A stretch of DNA of 64,000 nucleotides from NCBI GenBank assembly GCA_963702435.1, contig CAVPCR010000004.1, forward strand, positions 32,001 through 96,000. The letters are read 5' to 3'. Position numbers and translations under genes: made by a program. This document shows positions 28,391 to 40,519 of this stretch, one piece after another. The notes below the pieces were generated by a model. It was not told the origin of the DNA. It did no database searches and saw nothing but the letters and a program-made list of their open reading frames with translations. Within the stretch, counting starts at the first letter, position 1, and each line of letters begins with the position of its first letter. This DNA is from Candidatus Eiseniibacteriota bacterium. Lineage in GTDB: Bacteria > Eisenbacteria > RBG-16-71-46 > CAVPCR01.

Positions 28391-30196
28391 ATGAAAAGCA
28401 CCAACGTCCTTCCGGCAGCCATCTTCCTCGCGGCCCTCGCCGCCACCGGGCCCCGCATCGCGGCGGCCGACACCCTGCTCGTCCGCACCCTTGACCCCGC
28501 GACCGGCTTGCCCGTCGCGGGCGCCTTCGTGCTCGTCGGTCCCCAGGAAGGGGTTCCCTTCCCGGGGAACTCGGGGCTCACCGGCGCGAGCGGTACCATC
28601 TCCTTCTCGCATCCCGGGCTCTCGGGCCCGCAGATCGTCACCGCCGGCACGGCGGACCGCGCCTACGTATCGATCACCGAGGCTCCGCTCACCGCGGTGA
28701 CGCTCTACCTGCCGCTCCGCGCCGTGGCGGACACGCTGCCGGCGCCCGTGGCCCGCGTCACCGGGCGCGGGCTCAATATCGCCACGCAGTCGAACGACGG
28801 GCGCTTCGACATCGGGTTCGTCCTCCCCGCCCTCGACGTGAACGCGCTCGTCTCGACCGCGCTCCTCGGCGGCGGCGCCGTGCCCTTCGCGGTGCCACCG
28901 GACACGGCCTACTTCCCGCCCCCCGTCGGCACCACGCCCGTGCCCGGCATCATGACCATGCCGGCGCAGACCGAGCTCCTGTTCCTCGTCTTCCAGAAGC
29001 CGGTCTACAAGATCGACCTTCCCGACCAGACGACGCAGTCGCTCTTCTGCCTCTCGGGGCGCATCGCGATCGCCGATCTCCTGGCGATCAGCGGCACCGA
29101 CATCTTCGCCGCGCTCAATGCCTTCACCATGCGCGAGGTGGGCATCGAGCGGAACCGCTCGATCTCCAACGGGGCGGTGGTCGATGTCAACGTGGACCTG
29201 AACCTCTCCACCAGCTTGACCCTCACCTTCGCCGGCGTGCCGCCCGCGAGCAAGATCACGGCCGGCTCCGCCGCCCGCATCCTCGAGCCCGGCGGGCGCG
29301 AGCGCTATGTCTTGTATGATGGGAAAGACGGCCTCATCGACCAGACCTCGACGCTCACGCTCTCCTCGATGAACCCGACCGGGGATCTGGCGGACGCCGT
29401 GAACGCCGTCGTCGCGACGCACGGCGACAGCGCGGCCAGCCGCGAGTTCCTCTCCGGCATCGTCAAGCGAGACGGGTTCACGGTGCCGGCGAACATCACC
29501 ATGGCGAGCTTCATGCTCTCCCCGCAGGTGACGCAGGGCGGCGAGACCTTCACCTTCACCGACGCCACGAACCCCGGCATCTCGCCGACGCCGACCTGGG
29601 CGCAGGGGTCGTTCCAGCTCACCGACGTGCCCGGAGGAAGCGGGGTCGCGACGACGACGCACTGGATCGTCTACACCCCCGCTCCCGACCTCGGCTTCAC
29701 CCTGCCGGTGCTGCCGGCCAGCGCACCGGTCGCTCTCCCCGACACGGCGGCGACCCCGGAGGCGGATCGCCTGCGGCTCACGCTCGCCGTCAACAATCAG
29801 ACGGGCGATGCGCAGACCGTGCTGGAGAACCCCTTCAACGATGCCACGCACTTCGCGACGCGCACGGTAGACGTGCAGCAGGCCACGACCGGGATCGCCG
29901 GCGGGCCGGCCATGGCGGTCGCCGCGCCGCGACTCGGCCGCGCGTACCCCGATCCGTTCAACCCGCGCGTCAACATCCCGGTGACCGCGACCCGGGACGC
30001 TCCGGTGACGGTCGTCATCTACTCGACGGCGGGCCGCGCGGTGCGGGAGCTCACCGCCCCGGCCACCTCCGGCGAGACGACCGTGCTCACCTGGGACGGC
30101 CGCGACGAGCGCGGAAAGCCGCTCGCGTCCGGCATGTACATCGCCCGGCTCCAGGGCGTGGCCGGTGCGGATGAGAAGCTCGTGCTCCTGCGCTAG
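28391..30196 (+). CDS. Secreted beta-rich protein with FlgD-Ig C-terminal domain
   Basis: Signal peptide; YPDPFNPR...WDGRDERGKPLASGMY...KLVLLR. Confidence 0.85.
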   Translation: MKSTNVLPAAIFLAALAATGPRIAAADTLLVRTLDPATGLPVAGAFVLVGPQEGVPFPGNSGLTGASGTISFSHPGLSGPQIVTAGTADRAYVSITEAPLTAVTLYLPLRAVADTLPAPVARVTGRGLNIATQSNDGRFDIGFVLPALDVNALVSTALLGGGAVPFAVPPDTAYFPPPVGTTPVPGIMTMPAQTELLFLVFQKPVYKIDLPDQTTQSLFCLSGRIAIADLLAISGTDIFAALNAFTMREVGIERNRSISNGAVVDVNVDLNLSTSLTLTFAGVPPASKITAGSAARILEPGGRERYVLYDGKDGLIDQTSTLTLSSMNPTGDLADAVNAVVATHGDSAASREFLSGIVKRDGFTVPANITMASFMLSPQVTQGGETFTFTDATNPGISPTPTWAQGSFQLTDVPGGSGVATTTHWIVYTPAPDLGFTLPVLPASAPVALPDTAATPEADRLRLTLAVNNQTGDAQTVLENPFNDATHFATRTVDVQQATTGIAGGPAMAVAAPRLGRAYPDPFNPRVNIPVTATRDAPVTVVIYSTAGRAVRELTAPATSGETTVLTWDGRDERGKPLASGMYIARLQGVAGADEKLVLLR

Positions 30197-30215
30197 CGAG
30201 AGAGAGCAAGGACCG

Positions 30216-31013
30216 ATGCGATTGCCGGTGCCGGCGGGAGTCCGGATGCCCCGCCAAGGGGCGCTTGTCGCTCTGACCCTGATCGCCGTTGCGAGCGGCC
30301 TGCCCGGCGGCGCCATCCCCGCCTCGGCGGCGACACGCCTCGTCGTGCGCCCGCTGGCGGCCCCGGCGCCCCTGCCGCTCCCCGCGGCGCCGCGCGACGG
30401 ATGCGTCACCGGCCAGACGAACGACCTGGACGCCCAGGCCGGGATCGAGGCGGAGGCGCGCGTCCAGAGTCCGTGCCTGCCGGGCCGGCCCGGCGCCGAG
30501 GGCGATCTCACCGGCTTCGCCTTCGTGCTCACCGGATGCGGCGACGGCGGCATCGGAGAGATCAGCCTCTGCTTCGGCACGGCCCAGCTCGAGACCCCCT
30601 TCTATCTCTTCGTCTGGCGGAGCGTGGGCGGCCTGCCCGCCGACGCCTGCGGACTCGCGGCGTACGGCGCGCTCCAGCGCGTTCAGGATGAGTTCCCCTT
30701 CTTCTCGGTCTACGACCTGTGCGCCGCGCGCGTGCCGATCGCCGAGGGAGAGCGCATCTTCGTCGGCGTCGTCTATCGCAACGTGGTGGAGATCCTCGGG
30801 CCCGACTGGTTCCTGGCGCGCAACGCCGAGGACGGATTCGCGGATCTGGGCTACGTCAACATCAGCGGGAAGCCGGGCGTGTGGGCCGACATGGCCGGAC
30901 TCGACCTCGGTCTCGGCAATCGCTGGGGCGTGTTCATGACGATCCTGTCCGAGTGCGGCGGTCTCGCCGTGGAGGATTCGAGCTGGGGCGCGGTCAAGGC
31001 ACTCCACCGCTAG
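30216..31013 (+). CDS. Secreted Cys-containing protein with SWGxVK tail
   Basis: Signal peptide; ends AVEDSSWGAVKALHR. Confidence 0.8.
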   Translation: MRLPVPAGVRMPRQGALVALTLIAVASGLPGGAIPASAATRLVVRPLAAPAPLPLPAAPRDGCVTGQTNDLDAQAGIEAEARVQSPCLPGRPGAEGDLTGFAFVLTGCGDGGIGEISLCFGTAQLETPFYLFVWRSVGGLPADACGLAAYGALQRVQDEFPFFSVYDLCAARVPIAEGERIFVGVVYRNVVEILGPDWFLARNAEDGFADLGYVNISGKPGVWADMAGLDLGLGNRWGVFMTILSECGGLAVEDSSWGAVKALHR

Positions 31014-33040
31014 GCAAGCGGCCGGGCCGCGATCCGCGCCGCGCACAACAGGCGCCGCGACAGGCGCCGCGGCCGGCGCCGCGCCGCCTGCCGTCCTGGG
31101 TCACCACGATCACGGACGCGCTCGCCGCGCACCCGATCGCGATCGCCGTCGCGGTGGCGGCGGCGGCCCGGCTCATGCATTTCGTGGGCTTCGAGCGGAG
31201 CCCGCTCGCGTCCGCGCTCATCCTCGACGCGGACTTCTATCACACCTGGGCGCGGCGGATCGCCGCCGGCGAGTGGATCGGACGCGAGGTCTTCTACGCC
31301 AATCCGCTCTATGCCTACTTCCTCGGGCTCGTGTATCGCCTCGTCGGCCCGAGCCCCGAGATCGCGCGTCTCCTCCAGCATGCGCTCGGCGTCGGCACCG
31401 TCGCGCTCATCGCGTGGACCGCGCGCCGCGCGTTCGGCGCGATCCCCGCCGCACTCGCCGGTCTCATCGCGGCGCTCTATCGTCCGCTCCTCCTGTACGA
31501 GGATCTCCTCCTCACGGAGACGTTGATCGTCTTCCTCGCCGCGCTCGGCCTCGCCGCAAGCCTCGCGGCCGACGGCGCCCGCCTCGCCGGTGCCCGCGAC
31601 AGCGCTCGACGCCACCTCGGCGCCGGGTTCGTCCTCGGCCTCGGACTCCTCGCGCGGCCGACGCTCCTGCCCCTCGCCGCCCTCCTCTGGTTCGCGCTCG
31701 CGGCTCGCCGCGGCGCGCTCCTCGTCGCGCTCGGCCTCGGCCTCGCCGTCCTTCCGGTCACGCTCCGCAACTGGGCCGTCGGCGGCTCGCCCGTGCTCAT
31801 CACCGCGCACGGCGGCGAGACCTTCTACGTCGGCAACTATCCGGGCGCGGACGGCTCGAACCTGCAACCGGACTTCGTGCGCTCGGGCCCGGCGACCGAA
31901 CACGAGGATTACCGGCGCGAGGCATCACGCCGCCTCGGCCGCGAGGTGGACCTCGTCGCTTCTTCTCGCTACTGGCGGAACGAGGCGCTCGACTGGATCG
32001 CCGGCCATCCCGGCGACTGGCTCCGCCTCACCGGCAAGAAGCTCGCTCTCCTCCTCCATGCCTACGAGAAGGGAGACAACGAGGACCCGGAGGCGGCTCG
32101 CAAGCTCGTGCCGATCCAGCGGCTGCCGCTCCCCGGCTTCGCGCTCGCGCTTGCCCTCGGCGTGCTGGGGATGGCGGCCGGATTCACCGGCGCGGGGGCA
32201 GCCGCGGCGCCGATAGAGATCCGCCGCGCGCGCGTCCTCCTCGCGCTCGCCGCGCTCGCGTTCGCGGCCGGATGCCTTCTCTACTTCGTCACCGCGCGCT
32301 ACCGCCTGCCCCTCTCGGTGCCGCTCCTCCCCTTCGCCGGGTTCGGCGCGGCCACCCTGGGCGCGCTCGCCGTCGCGGCGCGCCCGCTGCGTCGATTCCT
32401 CCCGGCGGCGGCACTCTTCGCCGCGCTCCTCCTCGTGCTCCACCGGCCGCTCCCGGCCACGGATCGCAACGATCCCGCCATTGCTGCGGTCAACCTCGGA
32501 TACCTGCGGGAGGCGGCCGGCGATCTCGACGGCGCGATCGAGTCCTACCGCCGGGCGATCGCCGCGGACCCGCGCCTCGCCCTCGCCCACTTCAACCTGG
32601 GTGTCGCCCAGCGCCTGCGCGGGGATCTCCCCGCGGCGGAAGCCGCCTTCCGGCAGGCGCTCGCGCTCGATCCCGCCTACGCCGACGCGCTCGACCAGCT
32701 CGCCATGACCCTCGAGCAGGGCGGCGATCGCGACTCCTCGCTCGCCCTCTACCAGCAGGCGATCGCGATCGATTCGACGCGCGCCCGCTACTGGAAGGAC
32801 CTCGGTCGCCTGCACATCCTGCGCGGGGAGCCGGACCTGGCGCTCGGCGCGTGGGCGCGGGCGATCAACCTGGACCCCACCGACTCGACCACAGCGCGCC
32901 GCGCGGTCCTTCTCCAGCGGGAGCTCGCGGCGGCGATGGCACGCGCGGATTCGTTGCAGCGCGCGGGGCAGGGGGGCGCGGGGCCGGGGCGCGCGGGGCA
33001 GTCCGAGGGGGCGAGGCCGGCGGGGGGAGCGGGGCCGTAG
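30983..33040 (+). CDS. GT-C membrane glycosyltransferase with TPRs (paralog 2); start uncertain, CTG after GGAGGA proposed
   Basis: LDADFYHTWAR...FYANPLYAY, ITAHGGE, HAYEKGDN shared with paralog 1; TPRs. Confidence 0.85.
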   Translation: MGRGQGTPPLGKRPGRDPRRAQQAPRQAPRPAPRRLPSWVTTITDALAAHPIAIAVAVAAAARLMHFVGFERSPLASALILDADFYHTWARRIAAGEWIGREVFYANPLYAYFLGLVYRLVGPSPEIARLLQHALGVGTVALIAWTARRAFGAIPAALAGLIAALYRPLLLYEDLLLTETLIVFLAALGLAASLAADGARLAGARDSARRHLGAGFVLGLGLLARPTLLPLAALLWFALAARRGALLVALGLGLAVLPVTLRNWAVGGSPVLITAHGGETFYVGNYPGADGSNLQPDFVRSGPATEHEDYRREASRRLGREVDLVASSRYWRNEALDWIAGHPGDWLRLTGKKLALLLHAYEKGDNEDPEAARKLVPIQRLPLPGFALALALGVLGMAAGFTGAGAAAAPIEIRRARVLLALAALAFAAGCLLYFVTARYRLPLSVPLLPFAGFGAATLGALAVAARPLRRFLPAAALFAALLLVLHRPLPATDRNDPAIAAVNLGYLREAAGDLDGAIESYRRAIAADPRLALAHFNLGVAQRLRGDLPAAEAAFRQALALDPAYADALDQLAMTLEQGGDRDSSLALYQQAIAIDSTRARYWKDLGRLHILRGEPDLALGAWARAINLDPTDSTTARRAVLLQRELAAAMARADSLQRAGQGGAGPGRAGQSEGARPAGGAGP

Positions 33041-33053
33041 GAGCGCCGCCGCG

Positions 33054-34622
33054 CTACGGCAGGAGAACCGCGCTGGCGCGCATCACCCCCGCGGGCAGGG
33101 TGGCCGTGAGGTAGTAGACCCCGGCGGGGAGCGCGTTCCCGCGCTCGTCGCGACCGTCCCAGGCGAACCGGCTCCGCCCGGACACGAGCGCGCCGTCGTG
33201 GAGCACGCGCGCGAGCCGGCCGGCGGCGGTGTACGCGGCGACGCGAACCGCGGGTGCCGGTGCGGTGAGCACCACCTCCACCACGGTCCCGCCCCGGAAG
33301 GGATTCGGGCTCGACGCGAGCGTGCCGGCGGGGTTCGCGCCCGGGCTCTCGCCGCCCTCGGCGCTCGTCGGGCCGAACCACGCCGCATCCACGAACGGCC
33401 GTCCGAGCTGACCCTCCCGCTTGAGCCACACGGCGGCTGGACCGGAGCCCGGCCACAGCGCGAGCGCGAGCCCGCGCGCGGGCTCGCCGTCGTCGCTCAC
33501 GATCGAGGGCGAACTCGAGGCCCCCGGGTTCTGGGCCAGAACCGGCAGGTGCCAGAGCTCGGTCTGCCCTGAGCGATAGACGAGGAACACGTAGGGTCCG
33601 TCGCCCACGGCGGCGAACTCGTCGGGCCAGTCGAGGAGACCCACGAGCTGGATGGCGGGCGCCGGGAACGACGCTCCGTCATCCGTGCTGTGCGCCGTAC
33701 GGATGACGCCGTCGTCGGTCCCGTAGACGGCGAGCACGTTCGTCGCGTCATCGCCGGAGAGACGCACGGTCTCCGGTCGATGCTGCGGACTCACGATCTC
33801 AAGCGCCGGCTCGAACGGCTGCCCCGGATCCCCTCCCGCCAGGTGGCGGCGATGGAGGATGCGGGTGCTACCCGGACGCGTCTCCACCCAGGCCACGTGC
33901 ACGAGGCCGCCCGCGCTGGCGTGGAGCGCGGCGCTCGTGATCTCGCGCGGCACGGGCGCGGCGCCCACGATGAGCGGCGCGCTCCACGTCACTCCCCCAT
34001 CGGTCGACCGCGCGAAATCGACGGCCGTATCGAAGCTGCCTTCGATCCGCGGCGCCCGATAGATGAGATACACGCGTCCCGCCACGGCGGGGTCGAGCGC
34101 GAGCGCGGGTTCCTGGATCACCGACGAGACTGCGACCGTCGCGATCTGCCAGTCGGGGCTGCCGCCGACCGCGGTGCGCGCGATCTGCAGGCGGAACTCG
34201 TTCGTCGTGCTCTCGAGGAGCGCGAGCACGAGCGCATCGCCGCCGGGCCCGCCGGTCACGTGCACGAGCGCCGCGGCGGAGAAGTTGCGCGAGAGGGTGG
34301 GATCGGCGAAGCCGCCGAACGGCTGATAGGTCACACCGTCGTCGAGGGACCGCAGCACCTCGACCCGCACCGCGCCGGAGGTCGCGAAGCGCGTGAGCGC
34401 CACATAGATCTCGCCGGCCGCCCCCACGGCCAGGGCGGGTGGCGCGAAGTCGGCGGGGCTCTCCACCACGGGTCGATCGGTGGAAGGCGGCCAGAGGAGG
34501 GTGGACCGGGCGCTCGCCGGGAGCGCGACGACGAGGAGGACCGCCAGCATGGCGCTGCGCCGGTGCGAGCGGCACCGTTCGGTCCGTTCTCTCGTGGATG
34601 GGCTGGGCGCGCTGAGATGCAT
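33054..34622 (-). CDS. Secreted BNR/Asp-box (sialidase-like propeller) protein with FlgD-Ig tail
   Basis: RSLDDGVTY, RSTDGGVTWS, HSTDDGASF; SPNPF...WDGRDERGNALPAGVY. Confidence 0.85.
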   Translation of the reverse strand: MHLSAPSPSTRERTERCRSHRRSAMLAVLLVVALPASARSTLLWPPSTDRPVVESPADFAPPALAVGAAGEIYVALTRFATSGAVRVEVLRSLDDGVTYQPFGGFADPTLSRNFSAAALVHVTGGPGGDALVLALLESTTNEFRLQIARTAVGGSPDWQIATVAVSSVIQEPALALDPAVAGRVYLIYRAPRIEGSFDTAVDFARSTDGGVTWSAPLIVGAAPVPREITSAALHASAGGLVHVAWVETRPGSTRILHRRHLAGGDPGQPFEPALEIVSPQHRPETVRLSGDDATNVLAVYGTDDGVIRTAHSTDDGASFPAPAIQLVGLLDWPDEFAAVGDGPYVFLVYRSGQTELWHLPVLAQNPGASSSPSIVSDDGEPARGLALALWPGSGPAAVWLKREGQLGRPFVDAAWFGPTSAEGGESPGANPAGTLASSPNPFRGGTVVEVVLTAPAPAVRVAAYTAAGRLARVLHDGALVSGRSRFAWDGRDERGNALPAGVYYLTATLPAGVMRASAVLLP

Positions 34623-34940
34623 CTTGGGGGCACGGGAACGCCGCCGCGGCGGCCGGGTTGGGCGGCGCGGATGGGTCGGTAACCCTTTGATTGTGCGGAC
34701 CTCGAGCCGCCCGTGTCAACCGCCCAGCGCGCGGCATGGGGCATGGGTCCGATGCCCCGCCTTCCGCGCACGCCGCGGCGATCGGCGCAGCCCCATTCCC
34801 CCTGTCCGCCCCGCGCCCGGATCGCGTATAATTGTGCTCGCGCCCCCCCCCTTCCAGGGCGGGCTTGTCCCGGCGGCTGCATTCAAGGGCCCTCTGCTCG
34901 CCCACCGGCCCAGACATTAGCTCAAGCAACGAGGTCAACC

Positions 34941-37900
34941 GTGTTCCGGTGGCTTTGCGCTGTCTCCCCGCGCGCTCGCTGGCTTCACGTCTCCGTCTGG
35001 ATCGGACTCGCCTTGCTCGCGCTGGTCGCAACCGCCGGCGCGGCGCCTCCCGGCACGGCGCTCGACCACGACGCGCTCCGCCGGCAGGCGGAGGCGGATC
35101 TCGACGCCATCGCCGCCGGCCTGCCGCCCGAGCGCCGGCCCACGCCCGAACTCGCCCGCGCGTACATCGAGGCGTACGTCGAGCTGCGCACGAGCGTCAC
35201 CGAGCCCTGCCCGTCGCTCAACGAGGAGGCGCCCGAGACCGACGCGCCCGGCGAGGCACACGCCCCCCTCCTCCTCCGCGGGCTGCCGCCCTTCGCCCGC
35301 GCCGTCCCCGATACCGACACGGTGAGCACCTGGGGCAAGGTGTTCCTCGATCTGGACGCCGACTCGACCTACGACGAGGGCGAACCGGGGCTCGAGGATG
35401 TCACCGTGTCAAAGGGCACGCAGGCCTGGCCCGCCTGGTTCCTCGGCCCCGGGGTGGATCTCACGGCCCCCGACGGCACGTTCAGCTTCCTGACGCCGCT
35501 CCCGGACTCGCGTTTCATCTTCGTGACGGTGCCCAGCGGTTACACGGCCACCACCCCGTTCTTCCATCGCCTGACCGGCGCCTCGCCGGACACGGCCTAC
35601 TTCGGCCTGATCCGGACGCAGGAGACCGCCGATCCGGTCTTCCGCTGGGTGCAGATCTCGGACATGCAGGTGAACACCCTGGCCTCGTCCGGGGACGAGC
35701 TGTCCATCGACCTGAGCGAGATCGAGGAGCTGCCGGACCCCCCCGACTTCATGGTCATCACCGGAGACCTGGTCGACAGCGGCGCGATCACCGCGCAGTA
35801 CGACGTCTTCATCGACGGAATCTCCGGGCATCAGATTCCCATCCGCCCCGGTTACGGCGACCACGACGCCAATGCCCTCTCCGCCCTCAAGGTAGACAAC
35901 TTCGAGGACTACATCGGACCGACGTGCTACTCGTTCGACCACGGCGGCGTGCACTTCGTCCTCTACAACGACATTGACGCCGTCGACCTGGCGGGGCAGT
36001 TCATCCAGTTCGTCTGGCTCTTCCAGGATCTATGGGATGCGCACAACCGGAACCGGCCCATCGTGGTCTGCAAGCACAAGATGCCGCTCGCCTACGAGCT
36101 CGCGCTCTATAAGGAGCTCGACGTCACCGCCGTCTTCTCCGGCCACTGGCACGGCTCGCGGGTGCGCTACCTCCTCGACATCTTCGACATCAACACTCCG
36201 CCCATCCGTTATGCAGGCATCGACAAGTCGTCCCGCGGATTCCGCATCAACGACATGGACAACGGCGCGATCCAGACCACCTATCGCCTCGCCGGGCTCG
36301 ACGACCACATCCGCGTCGCCCTCCCGGCCGATGGGGACTCGGTGATCGCGGGGCCGGTCGCCGTCCGCGTGAACGCGTACGACTCGGTCGACCGCATCCT
36401 CTCCGGCGAGTTCTCGGTGGCCGGCCCGATCGCGGCCGGCCCCTTCCCGCTCGCCGCCGACGGCCCCTGGGCCTGGCAGGCCACCTGGGATGCCGCGGCG
36501 GCGCCGGACGGGGAGTACACGCTCACCGCCACCCTCGCGCACGAGGTAGGCGGGCCGATCGCCGAGCAGGCGACCTTCACGCTCGTCCGCGCGTCGGTCG
36601 AGGCGCCCGATCCCTACACCGACTGGCCCTGCTTCAAGCACGATCCGGCCGGCACCGGCTTCACACCGATCGATCTCCCGCCGCCGCTCCGCGTCGCCTG
36701 GGTCCGGCACCTCGGCGGGCGCAACAACGTCGAGTCGCCGGTGGTGGTGGACGGACGCGTGTACGTGGGCACGTCCAACATCTCGACCGTGAACGAGGCG
36801 GCGCTCAACTGCTTCGACGCCGTGACCGGCGATCTCCTCTGGCGCTTCCCCGCCGGCACCGATGTCAAGTCCACCCCGGCGGTGGCGGACGGGCGCGTCT
36901 TCTTCACGACCTCGATCGGAAAGCTCTTCGCCCTCGACGCCGCGACCGGCGGCATCCTGTGGCGCGCCCAGCTCGGCGACTCGCTCACCCGCTGGGAGAT
37001 GACCTCGCCGACCGTGTTCGCCGGCAAGGTGTACACGGGCGGCCTTCCGGCCATGAGCTGCTACAACGCGGCGACCGGCGATTCGCTCTGGCGGTACGTG
37101 GGCGCGTCCGGCCCCGACGTGGACTTCATCCCCTCGATCTACTCGGCGCCGGCGGTGAGCGGCGAGACGGTCGTCTTCACAACGCGGGGTGGGATCTTCG
37201 CCTTCGACCGCAACACGGGCGCGCTCCGCTGGCGGGCGAGCGGCCAGCACCGCTCGGCCGCGATCACGAACAATCTCGTGTACACGGCGGGCAACGCGTT
37301 CAGCAGCCAGAAGCTCAAGGCCTACGATCTACTGACCGGGCAGCTCGTGTACGAATCCCCCCTCTACTCCCAGAGCGAGTCGACGGCGGGACCCGTCCTG
37401 ACGGCGCAGAACCGCATTCTGGCTGTGCACGGCGGCAACGCGCCGGGCGTTCCCCGCGGCAAGCTCGAGAGCTGGCTCCCCACCCTGGGCTTCGATCTCA
37501 TGGCCGAGTTCTACGTCGGGGATCCGATCACGAGCTCGCGTCCCTACCAGCGCATCACCGGCTCGATCAACTCGACCCCGGCGGTCGCCGGCAACGTCGC
37601 CTACTTCGGGGCCGACGACGGGTTCCTCCATGCGGTCGACGTCGTCAGCGCGAACGAGCTCTGGCGGTTCGACCTGGGGGTTCCGGTCCGCTCCTCGCCG
37701 GCGATCGCGGGCAACATGCTCTTCGTCACGGCGGAGGACGGGTCGCTCTACGCGTTCGTCGCGACGACCCTGTCGACCACGGGGACCGGCGCTCTGACCG
37801 CGGCCCCGCTCACGACGCGCCTCCTCGGCGCCCGGCCCACTCCGTTCAACCCGGCGACGATCATCGCCTTCGATCTCGGCCCCGCCGGCGCGCGGCCCGA

Positions 37901-38099
37901 GCCCGTCGCTCTCCGCATCTACGATGCAGCCGGGCGGCTCGTGCGGACGCTCGTGGACGGCCCGCTCGCCCCCGGGCACCACGCGGTGACCTGGGACGGG
38001 CGGAACGATGCGGCGGGGGCGGCGGCCTCGGGCGTGTACTTCTGCCGTCTCGCGGCGTCGGGGCAGACGTTCGAGTCGCGCCTCGTGCTGCTCAAGTAG
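34941..38099 (+). CDS. Secreted calcineurin-like metallophosphoesterase + Ig-like + PQQ-type (BamB-like) propeller + FlgD-Ig protein
   Basis: GAGGT RBS then GTG; ISDMQ, GDLVD, GDHD, GHWH; STPAVADG/LWRF repeats; PTPFNP...WDGRN. Confidence 0.88.
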   Translation: MFRWLCAVSPRARWLHVSVWIGLALLALVATAGAAPPGTALDHDALRRQAEADLDAIAAGLPPERRPTPELARAYIEAYVELRTSVTEPCPSLNEEAPETDAPGEAHAPLLLRGLPPFARAVPDTDTVSTWGKVFLDLDADSTYDEGEPGLEDVTVSKGTQAWPAWFLGPGVDLTAPDGTFSFLTPLPDSRFIFVTVPSGYTATTPFFHRLTGASPDTAYFGLIRTQETADPVFRWVQISDMQVNTLASSGDELSIDLSEIEELPDPPDFMVITGDLVDSGAITAQYDVFIDGISGHQIPIRPGYGDHDANALSALKVDNFEDYIGPTCYSFDHGGVHFVLYNDIDAVDLAGQFIQFVWLFQDLWDAHNRNRPIVVCKHKMPLAYELALYKELDVTAVFSGHWHGSRVRYLLDIFDINTPPIRYAGIDKSSRGFRINDMDNGAIQTTYRLAGLDDHIRVALPADGDSVIAGPVAVRVNAYDSVDRILSGEFSVAGPIAAGPFPLAADGPWAWQATWDAAAAPDGEYTLTATLAHEVGGPIAEQATFTLVRASVEAPDPYTDWPCFKHDPAGTGFTPIDLPPPLRVAWVRHLGGRNNVESPVVVDGRVYVGTSNISTVNEAALNCFDAVTGDLLWRFPAGTDVKSTPAVADGRVFFTTSIGKLFALDAATGGILWRAQLGDSLTRWEMTSPTVFAGKVYTGGLPAMSCYNAATGDSLWRYVGASGPDVDFIPSIYSAPAVSGETVVFTTRGGIFAFDRNTGALRWRASGQHRSAAITNNLVYTAGNAFSSQKLKAYDLLTGQLVYESPLYSQSESTAGPVLTAQNRILAVHGGNAPGVPRGKLESWLPTLGFDLMAEFYVGDPITSSRPYQRITGSINSTPAVAGNVAYFGADDGFLHAVDVVSANELWRFDLGVPVRSSPAIAGNMLFVTAEDGSLYAFVATTLSTTGTGALTAAPLTTRLLGARPTPFNPATIIAFDLGPAGARPEPVALRIYDAAGRLVRTLVDGPLAPGHHAVTWDGRNDAAGAAASGVYFCRLAASGQTFESRLVLLK

Positions 38100-38124
38100 G
38101 CGGCGGCGACCGAGCGGCCGCCGC
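38100..38124. terminator. Hairpin between convergent genes
   Basis: GCGGCGGC-N9-GCCGCCGC. Confidence 0.5.
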
Positions 38125-38126
38125 TC

Positions 38127-40497
<2,371 letters not shown>

Positions 40498-40519
40498 GCG
40501 CGCTACCTGGTCCCCGCCG

